Below, piece after piece: positions 51,373-64,000 of a stretch of 64,000 bases of DNA. Source of the stretch: Felis catus (lineage: Eukaryota). The stretch covers positions 99,202,001 through 99,266,000 of the forward strand of contig NC_058368.1 in NCBI RefSeq assembly GCF_018350175.1, given 5' to 3'. The notes under the pieces are model-generated. The model worked only from the letters and a program-made list of their open reading frames with translations. It had not been told where the DNA came from and made no database searches. Each line of letters starts with the position of its first letter. The first letter of the stretch is position 1. A program made the position numbers and the translations under genes.

Positions 51373-52032
51373 AAGAATACACACATATGCATAGAAAACC
51401 ATTAATATTATACCAAAAGAATTCATGAATTGTCTTAGGGTTGAAAAGTTATTGACACATTTGTATTCTTCCCTTTGATTCATATTGTATACATTTTGTA
51501 AAACAGACTTGTATAACTCACATGAAATACTTTACAAAACTTAAAAAATACACATGAGTGAGCTCCTGTGGGCAGATGACAGGTAAAGGCAGACAGAAAA
51601 GTAAGAAATAACATTGCTTAGGTACCTGCCACTTGCTGCCAGGATACAGCACCATAAATGGCATTATTTTTACAACAGGGAGCTCACTCCATCCCTTTTA
51701 GAGCAGGATTTTCATACCAGTTTTATATAAGGTAGCTTGAGTTCTAAGGAGATTTAAAACATGTAAGACTATATAATATATGAATGTACCTTTAGTCTAT
51801 TATTTTAAATACAAAATTTTGCTTTTATATAAATGGTCTTCACTGTATACATAAGTGGTATCTTATAACTGGATGATGTTGAAGGTTTGCCGTTATTCTT
51901 CTGGACCAGTGAATTAAAATCAAGTTTCTAAAAAAGTATTACAGATTCTAAGCTACGTATGCAGGTAGATTAACTGACTTTGACCAAAAACGAGGTCAGG
52001 AGGTGAGAATATGAATATATGAAACTAATTTC

Positions 52033-52251
52033 TTTTTTTTTAATTTTTTTAACGTTTATTTATTTTTGAGACAGAGAGAGGCAGAGCGTGAACGGGGGAG
52101 GGTCAGAGAGAGGGAGACACAGAATCTGAAACAGGCTCCAGGCTCTGAGCTGTCAGCACAGAGCCCGACGCGGGGCTCGAACTCACGGACCGCGAGATCA
52201 TGACCTGAGCCGAAGTCGGCCGCTTAACTGACTGAGCCACCCAGGCACCCC
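52033..52251 (-). mobile_element. Young felid Can-SINE
   Basis: CpG-rich, near consensus. Confidence 0.98.
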
Positions 52252-53378
52252 AACTTATGTTTCTTGTTTATTCAGAGACAAAAGGGAGTCTTTAATAACT
52301 AAGAACAAAAGTCTGAGCATCTGAGGTTTTTAGCTATGAGCATTGAGGTAGTATCTGGAGTTTTGTGAGGGAATTGCCTTCTACAAAGTGATTTCCCTGC
52401 TTTGATAGGGCTCCCGTGATTGGAGAGCATGTGAAAATATAATTTAAAGCCCATGGGGCATATTTTGTGAAATATGAGGAATCTCAAATTTAGAACGTGC
52501 AGATTTATTTTTTAACGATTGTAGAGCACAAGTATTGAGACTTTCGATTCAGCCCAAAAGACCAAGTTTAAATACACACTGCACACTGGCTACTACAGTA
52601 TTATTAATGAGAAATGTAGTAATAAAACTGTATAGTGATCCAGTGTAGATAACATGATGTGATCATCATTTTAATAAAAAGAAAAAAGCACATACTTGAA
52701 ATTACTCCAATTCTACCTTTCCAACAAAAATGCTGGCTCGCGAAAGTCCTTCATACTTTTCCAGAGATACTTTTCAAGTGTCCAGGGTCTCTTACTGACA
52801 AAGTCAATTTGGCACTCCAGTCACTGTAAACCAGCCCTCGAGGGCTTTTAAAGACAGGAACTAGAGAGTTTCTTTGGCATTAGGTAAATAACAGGTGGTG
52901 ATGTCTGACAGATTAAGTGGCAGCCTTTCAAGCATTTACTTCTGCTATTACTGAGAGTGGCAGGGAGTTATAAGTCTGCTTCTATGGCATGTAACCCCTT
53001 CCTGGACCACCAGGGCTAGTTGCTGTTGATCCATGGCAAAGCATGTGAGCGAGCCTAGTCTCTTCCCACTCTTTTAGGATCCTTATACATTCTGCCTCCT
53101 CACCTAGTGTGGTATCGCTCTTTCCTACTGGCTCCCCAGATAGAGCTGAATAGAAGGGCAGGCTGTTTGCTGGAACATCTGGTAGACAGTAATGTCCTCT
53201 CATCCTGGGAGTGAGAGACGTGGTTCCAGTATCGGGAAGCCATGATGCTTTTCTTTAACAACTGTCACAGAAATGTTGGCACAGTGTGTGTATTTCATAG
53301 TAAAGTCCATTCCTAAAAATTGATTGCAACTCAATATAATCTTTTTTACAAAAGAAATTGTCTCCTGTCTCACAGTTT

Positions 53379-53572
53379 TATTTATTTACTTTTTAAGATG
53401 TTTATTTATTTATTCTGCAAGAGAGCATGAGCAGGGAAGAGAGAATTCCAAGCAGGCTCTGTGCTGTCAGCACAGAGCCCAATGTGGGGCTCAATCTTAC
53501 AAACCATGAGATCATGACTGGAGTCAAAATCAAGAGTTAGATGCTGAACTGACTGAGCCACCCATGCACTCC
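53379..53572 (-). mobile_element. Can-SINE
   Basis: TSD about ctcYtgtctcaMaRtttta. Confidence 0.93.
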
Positions 53573-53737
53573 TCTTGTCTCAAAATTTTACACAGAGAAA
53601 ATCAAATAAGGTTTGTAACTAATTTAATTTCATTTTTGGTTAGAATAGCATTATAAATTAATCTAGGTAATGTAGACAGATGTTCTTTAAATCAGAATAT
53701 CTGGTAAGCTAATTTTATATTACAAAATTATTTTATA

Positions 53738-53960
53738 GGGGTACCTCGGTGGCTCGGATGGTTAAGCGTCTGACTTTGGCTCAGATCATGATCTCATCAT
53801 TCATGGGTTCAAGCCCAGCATTGGACTTTGGGCTGACAGCTCAGAGCCTGGAGCCTGCTTCGGATTCTGTGTCTCCCTCTCTCTGCCCCTCCCCCACTCA
53901 GGTTTGCTCTCCCTGTCTCTCTGTTTCTGTCTCTCTTAAAAATAACCATTGAAAAAAATT
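53738..53960 (+). mobile_element. Can-SINE
   Basis: TSD caaaattatttt. Confidence 0.95.
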
Positions 53961-54437
53961 CAAAATTATTTTGAGCTTTATCGGTGCTATAGTGCATTAA
54001 ACTCATAAATTCAGATCAATTGAATGAACAGACCATCTAATTTATATTAGTGTTTTGAAAATTGCATAAAGAAGAGGTGCTAACTTAAAGACTACTAACA
54101 CAGACCCAATTTAGTACCATTTTACACATTTGAAAACTCAGTAAATTAATGTGGACTATAATTAGAATGTCACATACTTACTTGAACACCACTACAAAAT
54201 TGCTCGTAAGTTTTTGAAGGAATTTTATTCTACAGTAAAGATGAACAATTTTAACTGACAGAAAATTCATATTTCTCAGTCAGATTGTTAGGAATTCTTT
54301 AGTCTCACCTGACTCTGTTGACCCGTTGTTCTTTGGGTTTTCCTAAGCTATGTGTCACAAGGCATTGTCTCCATCTTGTGCATGGCATTCATGTTCCCAT
54401 CTTCACTCTGTGGCCATGTTTTGTCTCCATACATTGC

Positions 54438-54900
54438 TGTAAGACCGAAAACTGACACCCAATATCATGTGCTACCTTGACATCTAGTGAAACCAGGAAG
54501 GCTTGAAATGGCCCCACTACAAATTTGCCTCTCCATTATGCTCCCACGGATAAAGCCCACCGTCAAACAGTCTCCTTATCAAAGAGATCAAGCACAATTT
54601 CTACTTATTCCCAAGTAGTGGGGTTCAGTGGTCCACCAGCTTACAGAATTATTAAAACCAACCAACCATATCTTTCTGTATCAGAACCTGTCTTCCACGT
54701 CCCCTGCTTCTTTCTCTCTTCCCAAATGTAAGCGCCCTGTGGCCCTCCATGGTATGCTGTGTCCTTCTCCCCCAGGCTGTGAGTGTATGTGATCAATAAC
54801 CTGCATTGATCTCATCTGTTTAGTGTTGTTGTTATGGGTTGATTCATCCGATAACCCTGGAGTTAGTATCTCTCCCTCATTAACAGTAAGTGTCAGAAGT
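54438..54900 (+). mobile_element. Solo ERV1 LTR (MER90-like)
   Basis: tgtaagaccgaaaactgacacccaatatcatgtgctaccttgacatct...gctcccacggataa; degenerate polyA signal caataac near 54795. Confidence 0.7.
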
Positions 54901-55968
54901 GACTCCTTCTTGGGCACATCTTTTATGCTCAGCTACAATCCTTCCTTTTAGAAGAAATCTTCACACAGGGTAAGGCACAATCATCTGTCTTCGCAAATAC
55001 CAAATTAAGTTCTGTGCCCCTACTTTGAGCCCTTGTAATATAGTACCTTGTCTCATTTTAGGACCAGTATGACATTTGTCTCCTTACTATGAGACACTCA
55101 TATTACTTGAGCAGGTGATATCTTTGAAACTAGTCATTGGATCTGTTGTTTCTTTGTTTTGCAGAGTTCTTTAAATTGAACATTTAGTCCTCAATGGTAG
55201 AACCAAATTGATTTGGGATAATAAAGCCAGATGGTTTATTTCTTACTTTGGACCTTGCCTTCACTTCTAATATGGGCCATTTTTTTTACATATCTTGCCT
55301 CTGCGTCATGAATGAAAATAAGTATATATTCTCCATGCTACTGGAAAAGAAATTTTTCAAATGCCTGGAAGAGTATATTCCATTGATAATACATCAGTTG
55401 CCTTATTTTTGAATATTAGAGACACAGTAATATTATAAATTAATATTTTGTTTATTATTGTTTTTAGCTTTTTCTCTAGACTCTTTTTCTTTGTTGGCTT
55501 GAGATCCCATTTCTTAATTATGTGCAAACACCAACCTGGGTCTTTGAATCACAGCTATTTTTCTACCTGTTTTCCCTAGGTATATGCATCTTGCATTTAT
55601 TCTTAGCACTTAATTTATAGTAGGAGCCCCAACCTCTTACCTGAAAAGGTAGTTTCATATCCACATTGAGCAGAGATGTGTGCAAGGATATCACATAGTC
55701 TTCCTTCTAGAATTTAACTTTTTTTTCTTTTATATAGCTTTTGCTCACTTTCTACATTTTCAACCGGAACATAACCTCTCTGCTACTTAGCCTAAAACCT
55801 TGAAACTATCTCTCATTCTTGATTTCCCTTTTGTTTTGTATAATCACATGAACAGTAAAGCTTATTGGAGCAAGCCCAAAGACTGACAGATGGGAGAAAC
55901 AAGAATTCTTTGGAGGAGGAGAAGGTTCTTTGGTGTTTCACACACAGTAGTTATTGGAAGGAAGAATA

Positions 55969-56303
55969 TAATTGACCCTCTAACAACATGGGTTGTAGGG
56001 GCATCAGCACTCAGTCGAAAATCTGCATGTAACTTTGGATGCCTCCAAAAAGGTAACTACTAATAACCTACTTTGCCCAGAAGCCTTATGTAGTTACACT
56101 GGCAACATAGTCAACTAATACATATATTGTTTGTTATTTATATTATATATTGTATTCTTACAGTAAAGTAAGCTAGAGAAAAGAAAATGCTATTTAGAAA
56201 AAATGAGAGAGAATATACATTTACAATACTGTACTGTGTTTATTGAAAACACACTGTAAATGGACCCAAGCAGTTCAAACCTGTGTTATTCAAGGGTCGA
56301 CTG
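55969..56303. mobile_element. Tigger2-derived non-autonomous DNA transposon (TcMar)
   Basis: TIRs taattgaccctctaacaacatgggtt ... aacctgtgttattcaagggtcgactg vs CAGTTGACCCTTGAACAACACGGGTT; TA on the left flank. Confidence 0.88.
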
Positions 56304-57534
56304 TGTATATTTTATGTGTTTACATACAGTGTTTCATTCACCTGCATTTGGATCTTTTTGGGGGAGAAAGGAAACAAGTTACCACTTTTTTGTTACTTTC
56401 ATTTTTTCTTCTCACCTAAGCTTAATTGACTTGATAGGATTTACAAAGCAATTTTAAACAAATGTGAAAACTGTTTAATTTTTAGAAGCTTCCATCTTCT
56501 TTAATTATGCTTATTCAAAGAAGAGCAGCAATTATGGCATCTAAACTATGTTTATTAGTAAAACAGGGAAAAAGATGGATTTGGTTTACCTTCTTAGATA
56601 TATTTTGAAATGACTAGAAAACAAGATCTTCATACAATCAATTTTGGTATCCTTTTTGTCTTTTTTATTGGCAACCTGGGAACTAGCTGTCAAGTAGAAA
56701 GCATAGATAGAATATGAACAAATTTAAAAGGGAACAATGTCATATATGCGAAATGCAATTTAAAGCGTGAAATTATTTTACCAGCTTGTCTTCTCAGAAT
56801 CAAGCACAAAAGTATATCCACAAATATGCTACTGGTATAGACTTTTCTTTATGAGACTCTTTCAAATCTCCTAAGTAATTCACACATCTATCTCAAAAGC
56901 AAGCTAATGATATTAACAATAATTTGATTGGAATATCTCTGCAGCAGGGTTTCCATATAGCAAGTGTGAATTGTGTTGCCTACTTTAATACTGACAAGTG
57001 TCTGCAACATAGAAAGTATGTAATAAACTTTGTTTTCCTCAGAGGTTAAACATACACTTGTGAATGCCCAAAGTTAGTTTAGTAAATAATTTCATGAATT
57101 GTAAAGGAACATGTAAAATATATTTTTCTACAAACAGGGAATCCTTAAGGACACCTGTTTCCTGTGATTACTTAGAGATCATTACTAGTTAGAATAAGAA
57201 GTTATGTGATGGTCAGCATTAACTTTATTCATGACTTTATAATTTAATCCTGGGCTTCAAGGAAAGCCCATGTTTTCAAGGAAAACAAGATAGACTCATT
57301 TAAAGAAAATGAAGACAGACATGTTTTAGGAATATTGAGACTAAAACGATAATCACAAAACCATTGAGTCAAAGAACAGGACTTATTTATTTATTTATTT
57401 TTTTTACTATATATTGTTGATAAAACTGAAAACAAAATGATGACTGAACTTAAGAACTAACTTCCTTAACAGATAAAACCACTTAAACCATGCAAGTGAA
57501 ATTAATTTTTTTAGAAGTCTTTTACCACTGTTTG

Positions 57535-57728
57535 ATTTATTTTTATTTTTTTAAGAAAGAGAGAGAGAGCATGAGTCGGAGAGGGACACAGAGAGAGAGA
57601 AGATCCCAAGCAGCCTCCCTGCCATCAGCTCAGAGCCTGACTAGGAATTTAAACTCAGAAACAGAAATCATGACCCGAGCCAAAATCAAGAGTCAGATGT
57701 TTAACCGACTGAGCCATCCAGGTGCCCC
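57535..57728 (-). mobile_element. Can-SINE
   Basis: Full body. Confidence 0.93.
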
Positions 57729-57789
57729 TGAAATTAAATTCATCTTATTCCATGAATATGCATGAAACTTAAGTTATTTCTTATAAATG

Positions 57790-59245
57790 CCTCTGACAAT
57801 CATAAAAGAAATGTAAGTCGTCTTTCTGAAAATGGTGTGAGATAATCCCTTTTAACCAATCCCCTGCCATTTGGAAACACCTACTATAATAACTAATCAT
57901 TCTGAAGGGTAGACAACTTCCTCATTTTCACTTTATAAGCCATCGTGTAACTTCATGCCATTGAGTTTGATATGATTCTCTGAATTTTAAGGCTCCCAGT
58001 CTGTGAAATGTTCTTTCATGTATAATAAACTCTTACTAAATACTATCTTCTGAACTGGAGAAGTCATGGGTAAGTCTCCCTTGGATCTGTGCTCTCTCTC
58101 TTTGTGTTTTGAGCTCCCCGACATTGCTGTACAAACCTGTATTTTCTTTTTTGAAGCTTATTGACAAATCATCTCATTCTGTTCAGAAGGGGGTAAACGT
58201 GATTCCCTGTGCTTTGGAACAGCCAGTAAGAAATAGACAGCCTCAGGGCACGCGGGTGGCTCAGTTGCTTGGGCATCCAACTCTTGATTTCAGCTCATGT
58301 CATGATCTTTTGGTTTGTGAGATCTAGCCCCGCATCTGGCTCTGTGCTGACACGGAAGAACCTGCTCTGGATTCTCTCTCCCTCTCTCTCTGCCCCTCCC
58401 CGGCTCACGCAATTCCCTGCCTCTCTCTCTCTGTCTCTGTCTCTCTCTCTGTATCTCTCCCTCTCTCTCCCTCTCTCTCTCTGTCTCTCTCTCTCTCAAA
58501 TAAATTTTAAAAAAAGAAATAGGCACCCTCAGAGTTAAAAATCTTGGGGGATCAAAAGAGGAAGATGGTCTACGGTTATTCCTCCATTTCCCTCAAAAAG
58601 TCCTGCTTCCTATATGTGTACCCACGTATGGACCAGGATCTTGTGCCTTTTGGAAAATGGGTTAACTTTTGGTGAATGTGGAATTGGAGCAGTTACTTTG
58701 GGGAATCTTTAACTTAAGACCAGATAATCCACCTTAAGAGGAACCCTTGAAAGCAGAGAATCTCAGATCTCTGTGAGACAATGGCATACATTCTCTGGTT
58801 GGGTTGCAGATGCTTTTAAGACAAAATGACTCCGAAAATAACTTCTCTAAAAGTGCCCTTACAGTATGCAGGTGACCTTAACTTAGGCCATCTGTCAGAA
58901 ACAATTTGGATCCAGCGATTGTCTTGAATCTTGTATTATTATACCTTAGACATGATTAAAATTTAAAACAAAAGCTATGATCTCTGTGTCTGTTAATATG
59001 TCTATGTGTATGTGTGTATATTATGTATGTGTGATATTTTTAAGAGTTGTATTCAGTAGACTTAAAGAAAAATAAGCATTTATATAAAATAAGTATTCCT
59101 AAAACTCTCATAAATATAGAAACTAATCCAAATGTTTCATAAGTTTATATTACCTGGGATAATATTGGATAAATAAAAACTAATTTCAGTTTGTTGATTT
59201 AGTATAAACAGGCATGTTTTTAGAATTGTCAATATTAAATGTAAT
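57790..59245 (+). mobile_element. ERV1 LTR 3' part plus MER4-group-like internal remnant, SINE-interrupted
   Basis: CCAAT near 57857, tataag near 57934, AATAAA near 58024, donor gggtaagt near 58068; aaaagctatgatctctgtgtctg and aaacaggcatgttt resemble MER4/MER34 internal sequence. Confidence 0.65.
58246..58513 (+). mobile_element. Can-SINE
   Basis: TSD aagaaatagRcaScctcag. Confidence 0.95.
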
Positions 59246-59769
59246 GCAAATATACAGCTATCTATTTTTGTCTCTGTTGATCTATCTAAATATATATCTC
59301 TATTTCTATCCCTAGTCATATGTATATCTGTCTATCTATTTATTCATTATGAACTGTAATTTTAAAACTATCACGACAGATTATGTATGTTATAATACTT
59401 AAGTGTATGAACTAACTGATGAAGGAGAGGGTAGTTGGTATAAAGAAAAAGTGGTTGAAGGGAGTCACTTTATTTTCTAATACTCTCAAACTTTTACAGT
59501 TAGGAGCACATTATCTTTATAATGATAAACATTGAAAAAACAACTTAAAACAATCACATCTTCATTTGAGTGAAGAATTTTTAAAACATAATAAAAAGCA
59601 AATGGAGAAAATAAATAAAATCCAAATATGTATCATAAAAACAGTGAAAATAAAAAGTTAATCCAAGAGATATTTGTTTGAAAACACCAATATATGGGCA
59701 AGAAATACATATAAAAATAAGTAGAGTTGACAGTGAAGCTATTAAAATGGAAAATACTATTAAAGTAAA

Positions 59770-60040
59770 TGAGAGCCACCTGGGTGGCTCAGTTGGTTGA
59801 GCATCCGACTTTGGCTCAGGTCATGATCTCATGGCTTGTGTGTTTGAGCCCCACATCAGGCTCTGTGCTGACAGCTCAGAGCCTGGAGCCTGCTTTGAAT
59901 TCTCTGTCTCCCTCTCTCCCTGCCCCTCCCTCTCTTGAGCTCTCTCCCTCTCCCTCCCTCCTTCCCTCCCTCCCTCTCTTTCTCTCTCTCTTTTCCCCTC
60001 CCTTCCTCTCTCTCAAAAATAAACATTAAAAAAAAATAAA
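59770..60040 (+). mobile_element. Can-SINE
   Basis: Full body, expanded CT tract. Confidence 0.95.
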
Positions 60041-60329
60041 TGAACAAATATTGTAGTAGCAAGCACACTCTATTCATGTTTATAAATTTGTTTTATGCTA
60101 ATTTAGAATTATCACAGAATACTCCCTTTTATTAACAATATTCCCTAACATATATAGCACACATAAATATTTTAACATAAATAATGAAAAGTCAGTAATG
60201 CAGCATTCTATTTTTAGAAGTTGGAATTTCAGAACTACATAATTAGTACCTGATATTCGATTTAATTCTGAGGCAGAGGAGAACTATATACCTTTTAGTT
60301 CACTAAGACTCAAACAGTCCTGAAAATTA

Positions 60330-62050
60330 GCACCATCTAAATCTCACCCATTCCGAATGATATTTCAGTACAATGTGCAGGAGAAGAAAAATTTCCAGAA
60401 TAGTTTCTCTTGTTTGTTCCGCTTATAATGAATCCAATTATTTGACCCACGCACAACTCGTATCAGTTCTTGCATTATGGGAAACTCAGCTGAGAAAGCT
60501 CATACTTCCACGGGTGAGTCTCAATCTGAACGATATCTTTATGTAACCCAGATGGTCAGGTCTCAGACAAATAGCCTGGCTGGAACACTGAGGACAGATG
60601 CAGCTCAATCCATCTGGGCTTGGGGCAGTTGTTGGCATAAATACGGCAACTGGAGTGTCATTTCCTAGGGTGGTGATTGTTTAGTCCAGGTTGAACAAAG
60701 TAAAAGATGATACAAATAATTTGTAGTAGCTACATTGTTGGAGTTATTCATTTGCCTGAATTTTGTTGATTTGTGTTAGGTTTTCATGATGGTCTGTCAA
60801 GGACTGTTACATGCAATGAACTTAGACTGCCAATTCCTTTTTTTTTTTTTTTTTTTAATACCAAGTGAGACAAGATCCCCAAGTCCTTAAGTAATTTCTT
60901 TATTCTTGGTCTGCCTTCTTAAGGTTTTAGGGAGCTGCTTCTGTCAGTAATCTAAAACAGAAGAAATCTTCTAAATAAGAGGCTGGGCAAGATTTATACT
61001 GAGATTAGAGTATTAATAGAGCCAGTTTAGAGTCCTGATAATAGTGTAACCATGTTTGTTCTGGATCATTCTGGGCCAGCTGGCTGAACGATGTACTGAA
61101 GCAGCAGGGCTACTAAGAGTCAGGGCAATACTCCCAGATGAAGTGTTGGAAGTTATTTCTAGGACAGGTGTCATAGATTTTAGTTATCAAAGCCTTACAC
61201 AGGTAAAATATAATTGAGGGTTATTAAAACTCATCTATCAATAAGATGAAGTCTTGGCTATTCTGTAGATGGTCACTGTTGCCATCACCTGGGAACCTGT
61301 TACAGGTGCAGAATCCTGGGTCCAACCCCAGACTTACTGCATCAGATTCTGAAATATTAAAACTTGCCCAGGGGAAGTGCATGTGTATCAAAGAATGAGA
61401 AGCCCTGTCCTTATATATCTAATATGCAGCAAGCATCTAGCCCACACTGCCAAAGACTTTTTGAAGATTTCCCTGTTGATTCTGTATTCATTTGTCAACA
61501 AATAACCAAATCTCTAAGGCCAGTTCAGTCTTCACGGATGGCATTCATTAACAGTCACACAGGCTCCTTCTAGAGCCTGTTTTTCCAAAACATGTAGATA
61601 GCATCTTCAGGCTGAAATGGTTGTTTTTCCTTTCCTTTTCCCATTTCAACTGGTATGATACTGGATTTGGTTATCCATACATTTTGATGTGTGACAATAT
61701 TATTTTTTCTTCCTGATACTCAAAAAAGGTAGCGCTTTGTGTGCTTATTGCTTTGTTTGGAAGTGACTTTGCAGTTGGATGTGTGAATCTAATTTCCTCA
61801 TCACAGTTATCAGAGTACTTTTGAAGACAGTCTGGTTTAGCCTGGTTCAGCACGGGTCAAGAGGTTTTAACACACATTTCTCAGTCAGGACCGACTCCGT
61901 GGGTCAGATTGTACAGAAGACCTAATTGTGTAAGTTTCTCACGGAAGGCGAATTTGACCTATAAATGGTAAGACTGAAGGCAACACATATAACACCTTGC
62001 AAGTTGGCCAAGATCTTGAGGTCAAGGTGAGCAACTTCTTCAGCTGTTCA
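60330..62050 (-). mobile_element. Fossil RTE-clade LINE ORF remnant (MamRTE1/L4-like)
   Basis: Colinear degenerate motifs across frameshifts: SYHL*VKF, LYNL, WITK, AIRED..GNLQKVF, IQNKHG, RNWQ, APSPDGL, SVFQ..LHK, SNNWI (NYR-like), ISGTNK. Confidence 0.6.
61265..61410. mobile_element. MER5-type hAT (Charlie) MITE
   Basis: catcacctgggaacctgttacaggtgcagaatcctgggtccaaccccagacttactgcatcaga. Confidence 0.85.
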
Positions 62051-62924
62051 TGATCTTTTTCTAAGTTTTTCTGTTTTATGTGGTCCCCATCCTTTTTGGG
62101 GCAAAGGTTATTTTTCAGATTTTAGTTTAGTGTAGTTACAGATTTTGGTAACTTTTTTCTTTAACATCTCATTCTTTTTCTTACTTTCTCCCAAACTTTG
62201 AAAGGATAGTGTAGGAATTTGTGATGTAATGTTTTGCTCATTTTATTTACTGTCTAAACCATGAGTAAGTTCCTGCTTACTGGAAATAGGAACCAGGCAT
62301 TTAAATAAGAATGAAATCAGTTTTTTTTTTAATTTGGGTTTTTGTTTCTGGTAGCTGTGATTTAATAAACGCTTCTGTAAGAATAAACTTTAATAAATTC
62401 ATATAATTGGCATACTTTTGATGTACAATATTCATATCAGTTTACCTTGGGATATTATCTAAGATGCATTTGTGAATTTAGAGAAGGTACCTAAAGGGTG
62501 TATTTGTTGCTATTAATAATGGTATAAGTTATATGCTAGAAAAGCAGCTCTCAGGGAAAAAGAAAGAAAAGATAGAAAAGAAGGAAGGAAAGAAAGAAAG
62601 AGAGCAAGAAAGAAAGAAATAAAGGATGGCAAAGAACCTTAATTTGTGATTTGTAGTATTTAGCGATGTATGTGGTGTAAATATTTCACCATAGTGATTA
62701 CAAATTAAAGTTACATCTTGTAGGACGTAGAAATCTGCTTTCACACATCACTGGCTTTAAGGACTCCTGACCTACATTCTGAGCCTAATAGAGAGCTATA
62801 TAGGAGAAAAGCCCAGAGAAATTTGGATACATTTTTATACAGTGAGATTTTTTTCAATTTTTATTTCTCAATACCCTTTTGTTATTTTAAAACAAGCAAC
62901 CCGAATATTTTAAACTAAAAAAAA

Positions 62925-63130
62925 ATATTTTTTTAATGTTTAGTTTATTTTTGAGAGACAGAGCCTGAGCAGGGGAGGGGCAGAGAGAGAGGGAGACACA
63001 GAATCTGAAGCAGGCTCCAGGCGCTGAGCTGTCATCACAGAGTCCGACGCGGGGCTCGAACTCACGGACCGCGACATCATGACCTGAGCTGAAGTCTGAT
63101 GCTTAACCGACTGAGACACCCAGGGGCCCC
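62925..63130 (-). mobile_element. Can-SINE (fairly young)
   Basis: Full body, CpGs retained. Confidence 0.97.
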
Positions 63131-63349
63131 TAAATTTTTTTTAATGTTTATTTATTTTTGAGAGAGAGATAGAGCAAGAGCAGGGGAGGGGCAGGGAGAG
63201 AGGGAGACACAGAATCTGAACCAGGCCCCGGGCTCCAGACTCCCAGCTGTCAGCACAGAGCCTGACACAGGGCTCAAACTCAAAAACCTTGAGATCATGA
63301 CCTGCGCTGATGTCAGACGCTTAACTGACTCAGCCCCCCAGGAATCGCC
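63131..63349 (-). mobile_element. Can-SINE (tandem with the previous copy)
   Basis: Full body. Confidence 0.95.
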
Positions 63350-63414
63350 TGTATTTTTAAAAAATGGGCAGCTAGCAAACCTTTGCAAAGATGTTATCTT
63401 TATTAAAATGGGTA

Positions 63415-63575
63415 GGGGGTGCCTGGATGGCTCGATATCAGCTTGTCATGGTCTTGGATCGAGCCTCGTGTCAGGATCTGTGCTGGCAGCATGAAGCCTG
63501 CTTGGGAGTCTCTCGCTGTCTCCCTCTCTGCCCCTGTGGCCCTCTGCTCCCCCCCCCCAATAAGTAAACATTTAA
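63415..63575 (+). mobile_element. Can-SINE (degenerate)
   Basis: ggggtgcctggatggctc...agcctgcttgggagtctctc. Confidence 0.88.
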
Positions 63576-64000
63576 ATGGGCAGAAAACAAATATAATCTG
63601 ATCTAGGTGCAAACTCTATTTCTGTCTTCTGAGGCTCTTAACTATCTCAACATTCTTGAGCATGTATTATAGGTCAGATAAAAGCTGCTAGTGCCTTAAA
63701 TTTAGGATGTGCAGAAATTTGAGAGACACGCGAATTGTTTCTCAATTCTTAAATGCCAGAATTGAGGTATTTCCTAGAATTCTCATTTAAATTTTTTATG
63801 TTCATGGGTAAAAGTACTATTTACCACTGAAGACAAGTAGCTTTAGAATTGAATTCCAATTTTAATGGCATTTAAATAATTATAGTAATTATCTCAGTAA
63901 TGTTTTACCCCAAAATTTGAAAGCACATTAAAGATGTCAGTGAATGTAACAACATTCAGAAAAGGATTTTTAGGCTTTTAAAAATCATCCACCATATAGA

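Noticed and set aside
52920..53270. Possible ancient MLT1-type LTR
   Set aside because: Only one weak motif resemblance; not supportable by eye.
61671..61853. 60-aa ORF as a host gene or hAT (Zaphod-like) transposase
   Set aside because: No hAT ERxFS motif or TIRs; surrounding motifs fit an RTE LINE tether region better.
12906..63388. Recurrent MAQSVK..TSAQVMIS..LEPASDS ORF family
   Set aside because: These are translations of Can-SINE bodies from GTG starts.

Overview
Mammalian (carnivore, almost certainly felid) non-coding DNA, intronic or intergenic. It is AT-rich, has no CpG island and contains no protein-coding gene I can recognise. The ORF track consists of SINE, LINE and simple-repeat artefacts. 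Content: about 51 tRNA-Lys-derived Can-SINE copies or fragments (several young, with intact TSDs), young felid L1 3' fragments, large old L1M blocks, ERV1/ERVL/MaLR LTRs with internal remnants, Tigger2- and MER5-type DNA transposons, and L2/L3/MIR relics. Most notable: a roughly 1.7 kb fossil RTE-clade LINE on the minus strand (about 60.3-62.05 kb), visible only as degenerate protein motifs; a structured 24-bp CCT/CGTCTC minisatellite (35.2-35.6 kb); a strong orphan minus-strand exon candidate (24267-24367); an indel-free 152-bp diverged tandem duplication (about 10.0-10.3 kb); and several compound retro-insertions. I found no convincing new multi-gene system. Repeat family names come from remembered consensus sequences, not a database search, and boundaries of old elements are approximate.
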